From: Octopus bimaculoides | Taxonomy: Eukaryota | Assembly: GCF_001194135.2 (NCBI RefSeq) | Contig: NC_068989.1 | Span: forward strand, 73,999,832-74,063,831 | Direction: 5' to 3' | Length of the DNA: 64,000 bases | Part shown: positions 1-12,085 of the stretch, piece after piece | Numbering within the stretch: the stretch's first letter is position 1 | Layout of the letters: each line of letters starts with the position of its first letter | Translations under genes and position numbers: made by a program | Notes under the pieces: generated by a model | Seen by the model: only the letters and a program-made list of their open reading frames with translations | The model's database searches: none | Told to the model about the DNA's origin: nothing

Positions 1-377
1 ATTTTGTCGTATAAAAATGCAAAGTTAATGTGCTGAATTTTGTTCTTCACCGTACATACAACGATTTATTATCGATTGGCAGATATCAGCACGGATCAGC
101 GAACACTTCGTTGAAATTATAAACAAGACTATCGGTTCTTGTTTAGGTTCATTAGTCCAGGTATTGCTAGCTGACAAGACGCAACATATTGAAATTCTGG
201 TAACCCAGAATCCCTTGAACTAATGGACAAAGTGCATTATGAACATATAGTCGTTGTAAAGATGTTCTAGTGTGACGAATACAACAACAATTAGCATATT
301 TGCATTCCAATCTGCCGGAACGTATTACGAATAAATATGCTTATTACCCTACACTTAAACATACACCCCACACACAC

Positions 378-407
378 ACCTGGACGCACGTACGGATGCA
401 CGTACAC

Positions 408-469
<62 letters not shown>

Positions 470-506
470 ACGTACGTACGTATGTTTGTATGTATATATG
501 TATGTA
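378..506. repeat. (CA)n / (TACG)n / (TATG)n compound microsatellite
   Basis: Direct reading. Confidence 0.95.
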
Positions 507-544
507 TCACTGCTTTATCTTGACAATAAAGCAATAACGAAGCA

Positions 545-1135
545 ATTTTCTTCATAGCAATTCTCCTCAAACTGCTAATGTTCTGGTGAAGGGAAATTTT
601 AGAGATCGGATCTTCAGAGACCGGATATTCAGAGACCGGATATTTCAGAGACCGGATATTCTTGAAAGAAAACATTGGCCACAATGACTTATATGAAATC
701 TGGACGCTTGATAGAATATGTAACGTGGACAGCAGCAACCGGTGTATTGGAAATTGCTTGCATCGAAGTGGCACGAGACCAGATAACTTCGAGGTACAGA
801 AGCCCCTACAGTTACGAGAAAAAAGGCTCATAGAAAACAGAAGTATATCTGTGGATTAAAGGTCGGAGCATGTTTCTAAGTGGCTGCATACCGATCAGTT
901 AAGGGACCTGCTGCGAATGAGGTCTAGCAAGTCTCTGCATATGCAGAAACACCGCTCCAAATACTGAACAATACTCAATTATAGGCCACACACCTGCTTC
1001 ACAGAGGAGTAAACGTTTTATTAAATTTGGAGTATTTTTTGGTTCTGAAAAGTAGAGCTGTTTGAGATGTAGTCTTTGATATGTTGAGGACATTTGGTTG
1101 GGGACCTGAAAGACGACGAGGAGTAACATTTAAGG
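545..1135 (-). mobile_element. Degraded LINE (CR1/L2-group-like) ORF2 C-terminal fragment
   Basis: Minus-strand translations give LIKRLLLCEAGVWPIIEYCSVFG (cf. LINE motif VRPILEYxSxVW) and KFPFTRTLAV*GEL (cf. FFPRTIxxWNxLP); frameshifts and stops present. Confidence 0.5.
601..661. repeat. 15-bp tandem repeat AGAGACCGGATATTC, about 4 copies
   Basis: agagatcggatcttc / agagaccggatattc / agagaccggatatttc / agagaccggatattc. Confidence 0.9.
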
Positions 1136-1485
1136 AGAACGTGATGGTTCTAATTACTTACTGTTCAAATTTAAGTACGTTGATGCAATTTAAGAGATTA
1201 GTGTGTGATGTCACAATATTATTGGAATCTTTTGAGGAAAGAGGTATTGTCTAGTGGTTTTAGTTTTCGTGTTCGCATCTAATGAAATGTTCAGGTGGTG
1301 TCAGTGAGCTTTGATGTCACGATATTGTTCAGCAAGAAGCCTGCTTCAAATTGTAACAAAGAAAACTACGATAATCACCTATGAAACAGGTAGTTGTGTT
1401 AAAATAGGTGACATTTTTACCCCTAGATAACATTTAGGTGGAATTTTTACCCCTGCTCACGTAAATTATTTTTTGAGCAGTATAC

Positions 1486-1874
1486 TTTTATTCTTTTATT
1501 CTTGTATTTGTTCCAGTAATTGGACTGCAGCCATGCTAATGAACCGCCTGGAATATCTTTTGCAACCGAAACGACTCCAATACTTATTTAATTGTTTTTT
1601 AAAGACAGGTACTTATTTTATCGGTTCTTTTGTCGAGCCACTTAGTTAGGGGGGTCACAAACTAGCCAACACTGGCTTTCAAGAAATGGGGCATAAGTAC
1701 AAAAACAAACACAAAGACATACACCCACATATGCACATATATATGAAGGTCTTCCACACACTTTTTGTCAACCTTATCCACTCACAAATCATTGGTCGGC
1801 CCAAGGTTAGAATAGAAGGCCCTGGCTCAGGTGCTCAAAAGTAAGACTGAACACAAAATTACGTTGTTGCGCCT
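1486..1874 (-). mobile_element. tRNA-derived SINE family 1, degenerate copy
   Basis: Matches the reverse complement of copies at 6432-7249 and 62553-62986 (tail ttttattc...gcagccatgct; body ccactcacaa...ggtcggccc). Confidence 0.7.
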
Positions 1875-2599
1875 ATATGTTTAAAAATAAGGTAATTCAT
1901 TTTGAAATCTTCCTATTTGAATTTGACTTTTACAATGACAGCCTGTGTGAATGACTTCAGTTAATCAGCGCGTAGGTTCACCGTCCAACTTCCATTTGTT
2001 TACGTGTTATACAATGATTCTTTGTTGTAAAAGAAAATGGGAAACTCTAGCCATGGAGTCATGGATAGATATGTAGATAGAAACATGAAGAAAGCAAGCG
2101 AGAGATTGAAACAGACAGAGAGAGGGAAAGAGAATGGATGTCAGAGAGATAGAGAAAACAATTTCTTTTCTGGAAATCTATTTCAAAACTAAGATAATTT
2201 TTCTAATACTTTGGCACACACCTGATTAAAGACGTTATATGGAACGATTAAACTATATATTGAATATTGACAATTTCTTTTATTAGAACCATCCAAATCG
2301 TAACAAATACGAAAATAACCACACAGAAAAAAAAGCAAAACTAAACAAAAACAAATAAAAACAATCTTTAACGAAAGAAAAAAAAAGGCACGATATATAT
2401 AATTGGATTTTAACGGAAATAAACGGACATTAGAGGAAACTTGGAAACCATTAAAACGAACAAATAAAATAAAAACTCTCTTTTAGCGTGGGAGAAGACT
2501 TTCTTTACAAAGCACAATATAAATCGAATACTTTAAAATTATTTTAATTATTTGAATATGATTTTCTCTCGTTCTTTCGATTAATCTTTCCCTCACTCC

Positions 2600-2615
2600 C
2601 TGTCTGTCTGTCTCT

Positions 2616-2668
<53 letters not shown>

Positions 2669-2821
2669 CATCTATCTTTCTCTCTACTTTTCTATTTTTC
2701 CATCTCTCTTTCTTTCTATTTCTATCTATCTCCCTCTCCCCCCTCTCTCTCTCTCTATCTATCTACCCCCTTTTTACTCTTTCTATCTGTATATCTTTCA
2801 CTCTCTTCCTCTTCTTTCTCT

Positions 2822-2862
<41 letters not shown>

Positions 2863-2885
2863 ATCTATCTATCTATCTATTACTT
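2600..2885. repeat. (TATC)n/(CT)n compound microsatellite
   Basis: Direct reading. Confidence 0.95.
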
Positions 2886-3373
2886 AATTTTGTTCATTCA
2901 GTTTATTTGGAAGCTAAGCGAATTTTACATTTCCTTGACAGTCTCTGAAATATCAAATGGTCACAATTACCATAGAATTTGTTTCATATTATTTCTGAAG
3001 CCCACGTATTATTGTCTATTGCCATTACATATTCCATTTCCCTTTTCATGTATATGTTTATTGCTACTTTGCAACGAGCGTGGATGTTCGTTCTATTAGA
3101 AATATTATCGACTTAGTCTCCCACACATGGCAAACTTCTATCTTGACAAAAGGAGAGTCACGTTGCATGATATAGCCATAGATATACCATGTCTGGAAAC
3201 AAAAGACAGGATGAGTACGACCGAAAGGTTGTGGAGCACAGGTGTTTTTGATCAGAAATGAAGTAATAGCTAAGCAACAACAACGACAACAACAACAACA
3301 ACAACACAAAACATATTCTTTAAGGTAACCGGGATGTCAGTTCTTACTATTGTCAGCACTAAGGAATCTTATA

Positions 3374-3634
3374 TTCTTTTATTCTTAGACTTGCTTCAGT
3401 CACTGGACTTCTGCCATGACGGGTTTTGTCAAGTCAATCAACTTACCCCAGTAAATATTTGCTTCAGTCTGGTACTTATTCTATCGATCACTTTTTGCCA
3501 ATCCACTTTGTTACGGGGACGTAAACAAAACAAGACCGGTTGTCAAGTGATAGGACGGCAAACAAAAGGACACACAAATGTACATTTTATCTAACTATCG
3601 ATCTGTCTGTCTATCAACATATATACAAACATAA

Positions 3635-3673
<39 letters not shown>

Positions 3674-3972
3674 TGTGTGTGTGTGTATTTTATCTTTTAT
3701 CTACCAAATCAAGCCACAAGGCTTTAGTTTATAACAGATGTTTATAATAGATGGCACTTGCCGAAGGTGCCACGCAGTGGATGAAAAGAAACCCCTTACC
3801 GCAACACACCTACATACATACGATGGGCGTCTACACTGTTTCTGTCAGAAGGCAACGGGTCAGACTGGAGCTATAGTAGATGACACTTGGTCAAAGTACC
3901 GCACAGTGGGACTGAACCCGAAATCACGTAGTTGAGAAGCGAACTGCTTCACCACATAGCCATCACAGCGCA
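3374..3972 (-). mobile_element. SINE family 1 copy with internal (TG)n and partly duplicated head
   Basis: Tail ttgcttcagtcact, body ttacggggacgtaaac, head gtgggactgaacccg...caccacatagcc; gacacttg/ggtgccacgcagtgg block occurs twice. Confidence 0.8.
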
Positions 3973-5578
3973 CGTCTAAATCATTATTTTCTGAGGTCCT
4001 TGCGGGAATCAATTCAAATCTATACATTTATCAGGAGTAGATACAGTAATTATCCGTGTTAACTAAAGAAAAAAAAATGGGAAAGTTATATTTTTGATAA
4101 TAATATAGTAATACTGGTGAAAGTAAAGATCAGTAATTTTTCATATACTCCTCCGGAATTTATTCGCCATGAGCACGAATCTTAAGCGCAAAATACCAAT
4201 TTTTTTATTTTAAGAATATAAAAATGTTCAGGAAATGAAAACAATATCCTCTTACATTTTACAAAGCTGAAGTCAATCTATTTTTTCCAAGTGTTTTCTA
4301 TGCATTGCTGCTGGATAGCTTATTTGTTCTCTGACACTGTTTAGCAGGCAATAAAGGATACACAGTTATAAATGCGAAAAGGATTATCTAGAGAAGAAAG
4401 CTTGGTTGTTTGTCATGATACTTCGAAAGCAAAGCAGCTTCAAAATAAAAGGTACCGGATTAAAAAAGAAATATCTTTGTTTTATTACGTAATTTGATAT
4501 TCTTCCATTTCTTTCATCATCTTGTTCAAGAGATTATTGTGCCAGCTGGATATTAGCATTCCTGAAATGGATTACAAAGTAGAAACCACTACGATATTAC
4601 AGTTGGAGACATTCATAACACTAAGATGAAAAAAACACATTCACCCCTCAAAATACGTAATCGGAACTTACACGTACTCCAGAGTACCTATCGTATTGCG
4701 AGGGAAGCTTGTTGATATCTTTCGCAATACGACACGGAGCAATATATTTGAATGGTAGGGACTACTTTATATAGAAAACAACCTCGGCCCTCAAAATACA
4801 TAGGTACAAGCCATTCGCTAAAACTTACGTACTCTGTGATACTTGTCGCTTTTCCTTGCAATACGAACTGGAACAATGCTTTTATGTTTAAGAATCGTAT
4901 AATTGCTTCTGTCTACACATATTGGGCGTGATCAAAAACATTCCACCAGTAGAAATCCCGGATACAAATCCTAGGTTATCTTATCCAAAATATCCTTTCT
5001 AATATGCTAGAGTATATGTGCGGTTTGAAGGAGGTTTTAATAAATCAAACAACAACGTAAGATATCCCTTTGTTCATACAGTAATAAGCTATATCTTGGA
5101 AGCGGAGAAACCACTTATACAGAAAATAAAGAAATCACGGGCCTTTGTGTTAACAGTAGTCCAGTTACTTTTATTGCTATAGTGTTATCATTGATTCAGA
5201 TATCAATCTCTCCAGGAAGTTGACCAGAGAAAAGTTGCAACAATCTTTAACTCTGAAAGCAAGGAATTCTAAGTGAGGCTTTAGTATTTCATGTCCATAA
5301 AGACAAATTTCTATTAGACATGCTTCGACAGGGTCAAATATATAACTGGCTACTTTTTGAATCACTGGACGTCAAAATTTTGTAGATGCTCGGCTGAAGA
5401 CTTGTATTTCTCAAACAGAGAAGAACCTAGTACTCTAAAAAGTCAGATTGGGTACCGTTATTGATTTTGCAAAAAGCATAATTGCTAATGTTGAGTGAAA
5501 AAGTTCCTTTACAAAGTGAACGACTCTTTACAGAAGAAGAAAAAGGGAAGGAACAGGACGAAAGGAAGGTGAGAAGGA

Positions 5579-5637
<59 letters not shown>

Positions 5638-5638
5638 T

Positions 5639-5682
<44 letters not shown>

Positions 5683-5683
5683 T

Positions 5684-5721
<38 letters not shown>

Positions 5722-5736
5722 ATAATAATAATAATA
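5579..5736. repeat. (CTA)n followed by (ATA)n trinucleotide run
   Basis: Direct reading; source of the poly-Leu pseudo-ORF 5482-5835. Confidence 0.97.
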
Positions 5737-5740
5737 GTTC

Positions 5741-5952
5741 ATTTTTGTTTTAATTGCTTCAGTCATCTTCACTGCGGCCATGCTGGAGCACCGCCTTTAA
5801 TCGAACAAATCGACCTCAGGACTTATTCTTTGTAAGCCTAGTACGTATTCTATCGGACTCTTTTGCCGAAGCGTTAAGTTATGGAATCGTAAACACACCA
5901 ATATCGGTTGTCAAGTGATGGTGGGGGGACAGATACTGACACACAAGCATAT

Positions 5953-5989
<37 letters not shown>
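5741..5989 (-). mobile_element. SINE family 1, 3' half running into a gap
   Basis: cagtcatcttcactgcggccatgctggagcaccgcctttaatcg...gatggtggggggacag then (CA)n. Confidence 0.9.
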
Positions 5990-6191
5990 NNNNNNNNNNN
6001 NNNNNNNNNNNNNNNNNNNNNNNNNNNNNNNNNNNNNNNNNNNNNNNNNNNNNNNNNNNNNNNNNNNNNNNNNNNNNNNNNNNNNNNNNNNNNNNNNNNN
6101 NNNNNNNNNNNNNNNNNNNNNNNNNNNNNNNNNNNNNNNNNNNNNNNNNNNNNNNNNNNNNNNNNNNNNNNNNNNNNNNNNNNNNNNNNNN

Positions 6192-6244
6192 AGAAGAAGA
6201 AGAAGAAGAAGAAGAAGAAGAAGAAGAAGAAGAAGAAGAAGAAG
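6192..6244. repeat. (AAG)n microsatellite
   Basis: Direct reading. Confidence 0.97.
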
Positions 6245-6406
6245 ACATATCAATATTGTACATCACTACGTTAATCAGAAGTGTATCTGCGTGTGTGTGT
6301 GTATGTATGTATGTATGTATGCTTGTATATACGTATGCATGCATGTATGTATGCATGTGTGTGTGTGTATGTGTGTGTGTGTATGTGTGTGTGTGTGTGT
6401 ATGTGT

Positions 6407-6431
<25 letters not shown>

Positions 6432-6442
<11 letters not shown>

Positions 6443-6992
6443 TAAGAAGCTTGTTTCCCAAACACATGGTTCTGGGTTCAGTCCCCACTGCGTGACACCT
6501 TGGGCAAGTGCCTTCTACTATGGCCTCAGGCTGACCAAAGCCTTGTCAGTGGATTCGGTAGACAGAAAAGGAAAGAAACCCGTCGTATACACACACACAC
6601 ACACANNNNNNNNNNNNNNNNNNNNNNNNNNNNNNNNNNNNNNNNNNNNNNNNNNNNNNNNNNNNNNNNNNNNNNNNNNNNNNNNNNNNNNNNNNNNNNN
6701 NNNNNNNNNNNNNNNNNNNNNNNNNNNNNNNNNNNNNNNNNNNNNNNNNNNNNNNNNNNNNNNNNNNNNNNNNNNNNNNNNNNNNNNNNNNNNNNNNNNN
6801 NNNNNNNNNNNNNNNNNNNNNNNNNNNNNNNNNNNNNNNNNNNNNNNNNNNNNNNNNNNNNNNNNNNNNNNNNNNNNNNNNNNNNNNNNNNNNNNNNNNN
6901 NNNNNNNNNNNNNNNNNNNNNNNNNNNNNNNNNNNNNNNNNNNNNNNNNNNNNNNNNNNNNNNNNNNNNNNNNNNNNNNNNNNNNNNNNNNN

Positions 6993-7084
<92 letters not shown>

Positions 7085-7249
7085 GTATTTGTCTCCTAGC
7101 TTGACAATCGATAATGGTGTAAGAGAATAGTAGGATAAGTACTAGACTTACAAAAAATAAGTCCTAGGGCCAATTTCTTCGACTAAAATCCTTTTCAAGC
7201 GGTGTTCCATGTCCGCAGCCAAATGACTGAAACAAGTAAAAGAATAAAA
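6432..7249 (+). mobile_element. SINE family 1, probably full length, internal microsatellite spanning a gap
   Basis: tRNA-like head gtgtggtaagaagc...gggttcagtcccc (B-box-like); CORE-like caccttgggcaagtg; tail aaatgactgaaacaagtaaaagaataaaag. Confidence 0.85.
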
Positions 7250-7336
7250 GTATATACATACATATATGTGTGTGCGTGCGTGAGTGCGCGTGTGAATGTG
7301 TGTGTGCGTGCATGTCTCCGAGTGACAGCACATTAG

Positions 7337-7470
7337 TTTCCGTCAACAAGATTCCACTTATAAGGCATTGGTCAACCCGAGTCTAGAACGGCATACAGTT
7401 CCCAGTGATACAGTGAACTGGAGTCGAAACCTGAACCACGTAGTTGCTAACTCGAATTGCTAACCACCCT
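7337..7470 (-). mobile_element. SINE family 1, degenerate 5' half
   Basis: tttccgtcaacaagattccacttataaggcattggtcaacccga...cctgaaccacgtagttg. Confidence 0.65.
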
Positions 7471-8218
7471 GGTATGTTTGAGTCCATGATATGAAACCAT
7501 AGAAATTAAAGATAAAATAAGAAATGAAAAAGTACATTGTTGTTGATTATTATTGTATTTTCCGGGTCGATCTCTTTATTCTACGCATTTCTGTCTGATT
7601 GGCATCAGACGTATTTATCGATCATCAAAATATAGACGATTTCAAAGCTAACAATAAGGTTTCTGTTAATGAATCAGTCTCTAGAACAGTGTTAATCCAT
7701 TTATAAATATACAAGCTAAACCATTCCAGTGCTGCCTGGTAAATAACTTTGATTTAATTACCACTTAACACTGAATTGTTTTGTTCGAACTTTTTCTCTA
7801 GATATTCTGCAATATGATTTCCTAAGTTAACTGCTGAGATTTATGAATTTAAGTTTATACAATTCGTATTGGTCTAACTTGATCTAGTTTGAATTCTCCT
7901 CGGTCAACCGAGTTCAGCAGGTCTGTCCATTTCCCAAACAGTACACGAAGTTTCGCTAGTTTATCTCATAATTCTTGATGATGTAATACGTTTCGGTTTT
8001 CTCTAGCGTGATTTTCAGCACAAATTTGAGACAGAAAAGAGGAAGAAAGGTCCTCTGATGAGGAAGACACGAAACATGATTTTATGTATTTATCACTAGT
8101 CGGAGAGACGGGTAACTGCTGTTATATATTACTTTACAGAGTGATTAGTTCTGAAGTCCATAAGAGAGGTTATCTTGGGACGACTACCGCAGTAACCGGC
8201 CTTTAGACAGTGCGTATA

Positions 8219-8416
8219 CAAAGTCCGCAAGAAAATGTATACACATTTAAGAAAACGAAAACCTGTAATAATAATTAAATTCAGTGTTATTGCAAGTTAT
8301 TCAGTGTAATTTCAGTTTGATAAAACATCGAAAGAGGTAACTATATTTATAGAGATACTTATACAAAATTTTTTTTCCTTTCCTGAAGTGTGTATACATT
8401 TTTTGTGAGGACTCTG
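8219..8416. mobile_element. Tc1/mariner-type MITE, ~198 bp
   Basis: TA on both sides; ~45-bp imperfect TIRs caaagtccgcaagaaaatgtatacacatttaag / ctgaagtgtgtatacattttttgtgaggactctg. Confidence 0.8.
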
Positions 8417-8788
8417 TACATTAAGTATAATGCATAGATAGCTATTTTAATACTATACTCCGTCAGTTGTGTATAGTGGATTTTTAATCAGACAAGCAGC
8501 TATTCTTAACATCAGTGACTGTTTTACTCACTTTTTTTTTAGATCAGAGACAAGTATATGGCATTTCGTCCGAGCATGCGCTTGACTGAGAATACGAGCC
8601 GTAGAAAAATTCTTAAGTGGCAGAAATGCATCTGATCCCCTCGCTAGTCACCGCTGAGACAAACGTTTGTCTCTCTCTGATATTCATTTTGATTTTATGA
8701 TACGGCAAGTCTATAAGAGAAATTATCTCAGGAGAAATAGGTAGAAACTAGTATATAGAAGTGCGTATACCTTAATTGTAATACACAG

Positions 8789-8833
8789 ATCTACTGTAAT
8801 GTCATTTGCTTTGTTCGCAACAGCAGTGGATTG
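8789..8833 (+). CDS. Candidate small coding exon (STVMSFALFATAVD), unverified
   Basis: acacag acceptor and TG|gtaagt donor; hydrophobic open frame; phase-compatible with the candidate at 15007. Confidence 0.2.
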
Positions 8834-9221
8834 GTAAGTTCGTAAGCCTTGCAGACGAATGTTTTGCGGTTTTCGAAAAACATTTCTGAGAGTAAATCTC
8901 ATCGCTGAGATCAACTTTTCCTTTAATTTTTCTGGGGTTGATAAATATAGTACCAGTCAAAGTACGATGTTCGAATTAACTATAGGATCGATAGAACAAT
9001 TACCCACTACGCAAAGTGCTGGCTTTGTTTATGAATCAGAAACTATTAAATGCATCGTGCTTTGATACTATTATCATTGGCTTCCATCTGCTTATCTTTC
9101 TTTTGCCGTGTGACCATGAGATCGTCTCGTATAATAGAACTCGATATTTCACTGTCTTATAAATTCAATTTCTAGACTTTCATTCGAGTAAGTATTAAAG
9201 TATTCTTTACAGCACACGCAC

Positions 9222-9227
9222 GTACGC

Positions 9228-9307
<80 letters not shown>
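9222..9307. repeat. (CA)n microsatellite
   Basis: Direct reading. Confidence 0.97.
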
Positions 9308-9312
<5 letters not shown>

Positions 9313-9335
9313 ATAGACGAACGAGTTTTCTGGTT

Positions 9336-9435
9336 TTGCTACAATTGTTTCATTAACAGTTTTTGTTTTGACGTAAGCATAATACAATTAGTTAGATTGT
9401 GTAAGACATTACATAATTCCCAACTCATCAGGTAA
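9336..9435 (-). ncRNA. Type I hammerhead-ribozyme-like motif
   Basis: Minus strand: TTAC-CTGATGA-(73 nt)-GAAAC-AATT-GT-A-GCAA; palindromic stem III ACAATTGT; stem I 3 of 4 pairs; stem II weak. Confidence 0.5.
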
Positions 9436-9747
9436 TCAGGCAAATAGTTGAGCGATGACTTGTTGATAAATCAACTGATTATGAACAGGGGAAATTCCTC
9501 ATCAGAATGCTAACATTTAAAAAATTGAAGATGGATGTGTCTCCGAGCTGTTAATCGAAGTAAGATAGTTGAACAAGGTTGTAAATATAAAAACAGATGG
9601 GGTTAATATGATAATATCATTAATATAATACACTTAGCAACTTCACCCATAAATGTGAGTAGAGACAGAACAAATCCAAGTATAATAAATCTCAGGTACC
9701 AAGCAAACATTAAACCCCGCCGTTCGAGGGCAATCGCCGACAATAAA

Positions 9748-9964
9748 AATATTCTTTCCTACTCTAGGCACAAGGCCCGAAATTTTTGGAGGGAGGGCCA
9801 ATCGATTAGACCGACCCAATATGCAACTGGTACTTAATTTATCGATCCCGAAAGGATGAAAGGCAAAATCGACCTCAGCGGAATATGAACTCAGAACTTA
9901 AAGGCAGACGAAATACTGGTAAGCATCTCGCGCGGAGTGTTAACGTTTCTGCCAGCTGGCCGCT
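9748..9964 (-). mobile_element. tRNA-derived SINE family 2, full length
   Basis: Reverse complement has head agctggcagaaacgttaac, B-box-like gagttcatattcc, core cctttcatcctttcgggatcgataaattaagtaccag and tail gggccttgtgcctagagtagg; core recalls Meta/MESC-type SINE domains (from memory). Confidence 0.9.
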
Positions 9965-11036
9965 CTATGAAACTAAGATTATTGTTACTATACTACTTTA
10001 CAGTCAGCATTAGCTTTTCATTCCCTTAATTAATTATGATAAAAACGGATCGGGAAAAAGGATAGGAAGGGAAAGGAAAGGAAGCAACAAAACAAAACAT
10101 GATAAATGAAGTACAGGGATAAATAAAGAACGAGAGAGAAACAGAAGAAATAATAGAGAGGAAAAATAGAGAGAAATGGAAAAAATAGAGAGAAGGGAAA
10201 AATAAAGAGGTATTATAGAGAGAGAATTGGCTCACACTATTATTGAAAGACTGATCAGAATAAACAAGCAAACGAATTAATAAATAAATGAATGTGCTCA
10301 TTAGAATAATGAAATTTGTATATCTAATAATCTATGTTAATTTGAAGCTATAAATTTATAAATACACAAATTTTCGAATTTATACATGTACAATAGCGAA
10401 ATATTTAAATATCATTTAATTATTTGTAAATAATCTATCAATTGAAAGGTCAGATTTTATTTGGGAAAATAAATCAGAACAAATAATCCGATAAATAAGA
10501 AAGAAAACCATGCAGTTCATTAGTTAGTCAAAACATTGTCGAATGATAAAATTTTTTGTAGAGTTAAATAAGGAAATGTTAAAATAACCATAAAATTTAT
10601 AGAGGTCATAGCACAATCGATCTTAATGGAATTCACATTGTAATGAATTAAAATAATTGTAATTAGGGAGGACGATGCAGTTATTATAAATATATCCCAA
10701 TGCTTGAATTAGAATGAAAATGTTAAATAATACAAAGTATCCATTACATTCATAAGTACCAACTGCTTGAGGAATAGTGGGCAAAGGTAGATGAATAAGA
10801 TCAGTTACAATAATAATGGTGGTAAGTACACAAAGATAATTGTAGAGATTTGTCACTAATAATAAAGTCTATACTGTAGGTCCATAGATTCCTGTACTGT
10901 ATTCAAAAGAGACTTGCGGAATCGGTTTAAAGTACGAAAATTCTTTTCGTACTTTAGAGTGAATGCGGGCGTCTGATCCTTAGTTCATTTGATTTGTTAA
11001 TAACTTCATCCGTGCACTTTAATACTTCTAATACTT

Positions 11037-11171
11037 ACTCCGCCGAGATCGGATTTACCTTTCATCTTTTCGGAGTCGATAAAGAAAATATTAGTGAAGC
11101 TCTGGGGTCGATGTAAAATAGACTTATCTCTCCCCGAAACTGCTGGCCTTGTGCTAACATTTGAAAGCAAT
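11037..11171 (+). mobile_element. SINE family 2, 5'-truncated
   Basis: acctttcatcttttcggagtcgataaag...ggccttgtgct. Confidence 0.75.
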
Positions 11172-11184
11172 ATTTTTAATATTT

Positions 11185-11600
11185 GGATACAGCAGAAACT
11201 ACAAATATATCACTAACAAGTAGTTTAACATGTCTCACAATGCTCCATGTTAGATAGGAACAAACATCTTTGACCCTTAGTTCCCAGACTTTTGTGTCCA
11301 GCGATATTGATTTGGCCTTGTCCCTCCTTCTAAAGAGGTAGAAATTATTGCGTAGTCTTAGTTTCAAAGAAGTGGAACCCACGCACGCAAATTTTTGTAC
11401 GTTAGTTTCTAACATTATATTTATACACGATATTTTTGGTCAAGTATCTGTTATCTAGCTCGACTTCAATTTTATACCTAAAATTACATTGGGAAGTTGA
11501 CGCAGGGGTTAGAGTATAGTGGGTTTATGTGATTCGTACAGCTGTAATCATTAAAATTATTATGAACGTTAGTCACTCTATCGACACAAATATTATCAAG
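11185..11600 (-). mobile_element. Penelope-like element fragment, GIY-YIG endonuclease region
   Basis: Translations YSC..., CNFRYKIEVELDNRYLTKNIVYK and CVGSTSLKLRLRNNFYLFRRRDKAKSISLDTKVWELR...LTWSIV match the Penelope EN pattern CNC..C.LxGxCLxxNVVYK...YVGxT..FKxRxxNH..SF...LSxxVWxLK. Confidence 0.75.
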
Positions 11601-11703
11601 GTTATAATTAGATAAATTATAAGCAGCAATATGTTCTACAGGTGCTTCGAAATAATTTACTTGTTTTCATTATTATTACATTTATAAGTTACAATCATGA
11701 TTC

Positions 11704-11770
11704 GGATACAGCAAACACTACAAATATATCACTAACAAATAGTTTAACGTGTCTCACAATGCTCCATGTT
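11704..11770. repeat. 67-bp direct repeat of 11185-11251
   Basis: ggatacagca.a.actacaaatatatcactaacaa.tagtttaac.tgtctcacaatgctccatgtt at both sites. Confidence 0.92.
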
Positions 11771-11831
11771 CACTACAAATATCCACACCGTTACAAACAG
11801 AAGTATTATTGTAGCCATTATTACTTGTGTT

Positions 11832-12075
11832 AATATTCTTTTCTACTTTAGGCACAAGGCCCGAAATTTTTGGGGAAAGAGGCCAGTCGATTAAATCGAC
11901 CCCAGTATGCAACTGGTACTTAATTTATCAACCCCGAAAGGATGAAAGGCAAAGTCGACCTCGGTGGAATTTGAACTCAGAACGTAAGACGCGAAATACC
12001 GTTGGGATCAATGTAAGCGATTAGTCCCCCACTAAAATTTTAGGCCTTGTGCTTTTAGTAGAAAAAAAAAATCTT
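11832..12075. mobile_element. SINE family 2 composite: minus copy (11832-12002) fused to a plus-oriented 3' tail (12002-12075)
   Basis: ggcacaaggcccgaaattttt on the left and aaaattttaggccttgtgc on the right are inverted copies of the tail. Confidence 0.8.
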
Positions 12076-12078
12076 ATC

Positions 12079-12085
12079 ATCATCA

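Noticed and set aside
4841-4865. QGKATS peptide shared with the ORF at 23734-24003
   Set aside because: The second site is the antisense of the Helitron ORF; the match is short and coincidental
6432-6500. tRNA-like heads as tRNA genes (also 55820-55887 and others)
   Set aside because: They continue into SINE bodies and do not form complete cloverleaves
8047-8092. CTGATGA-GGAAGACAC-GAAAC-ATGATTTTAT-GT-A hammerhead-like string
   Set aside because: The core and a 4-bp stem III are present, but stem I cannot form and stem II has one pair; at best a decayed copy
8656-8673. Perfect 18-bp palindrome gagacaaacgtttgtctc
   Set aside because: About one such palindrome is expected by chance in a window of this size and composition
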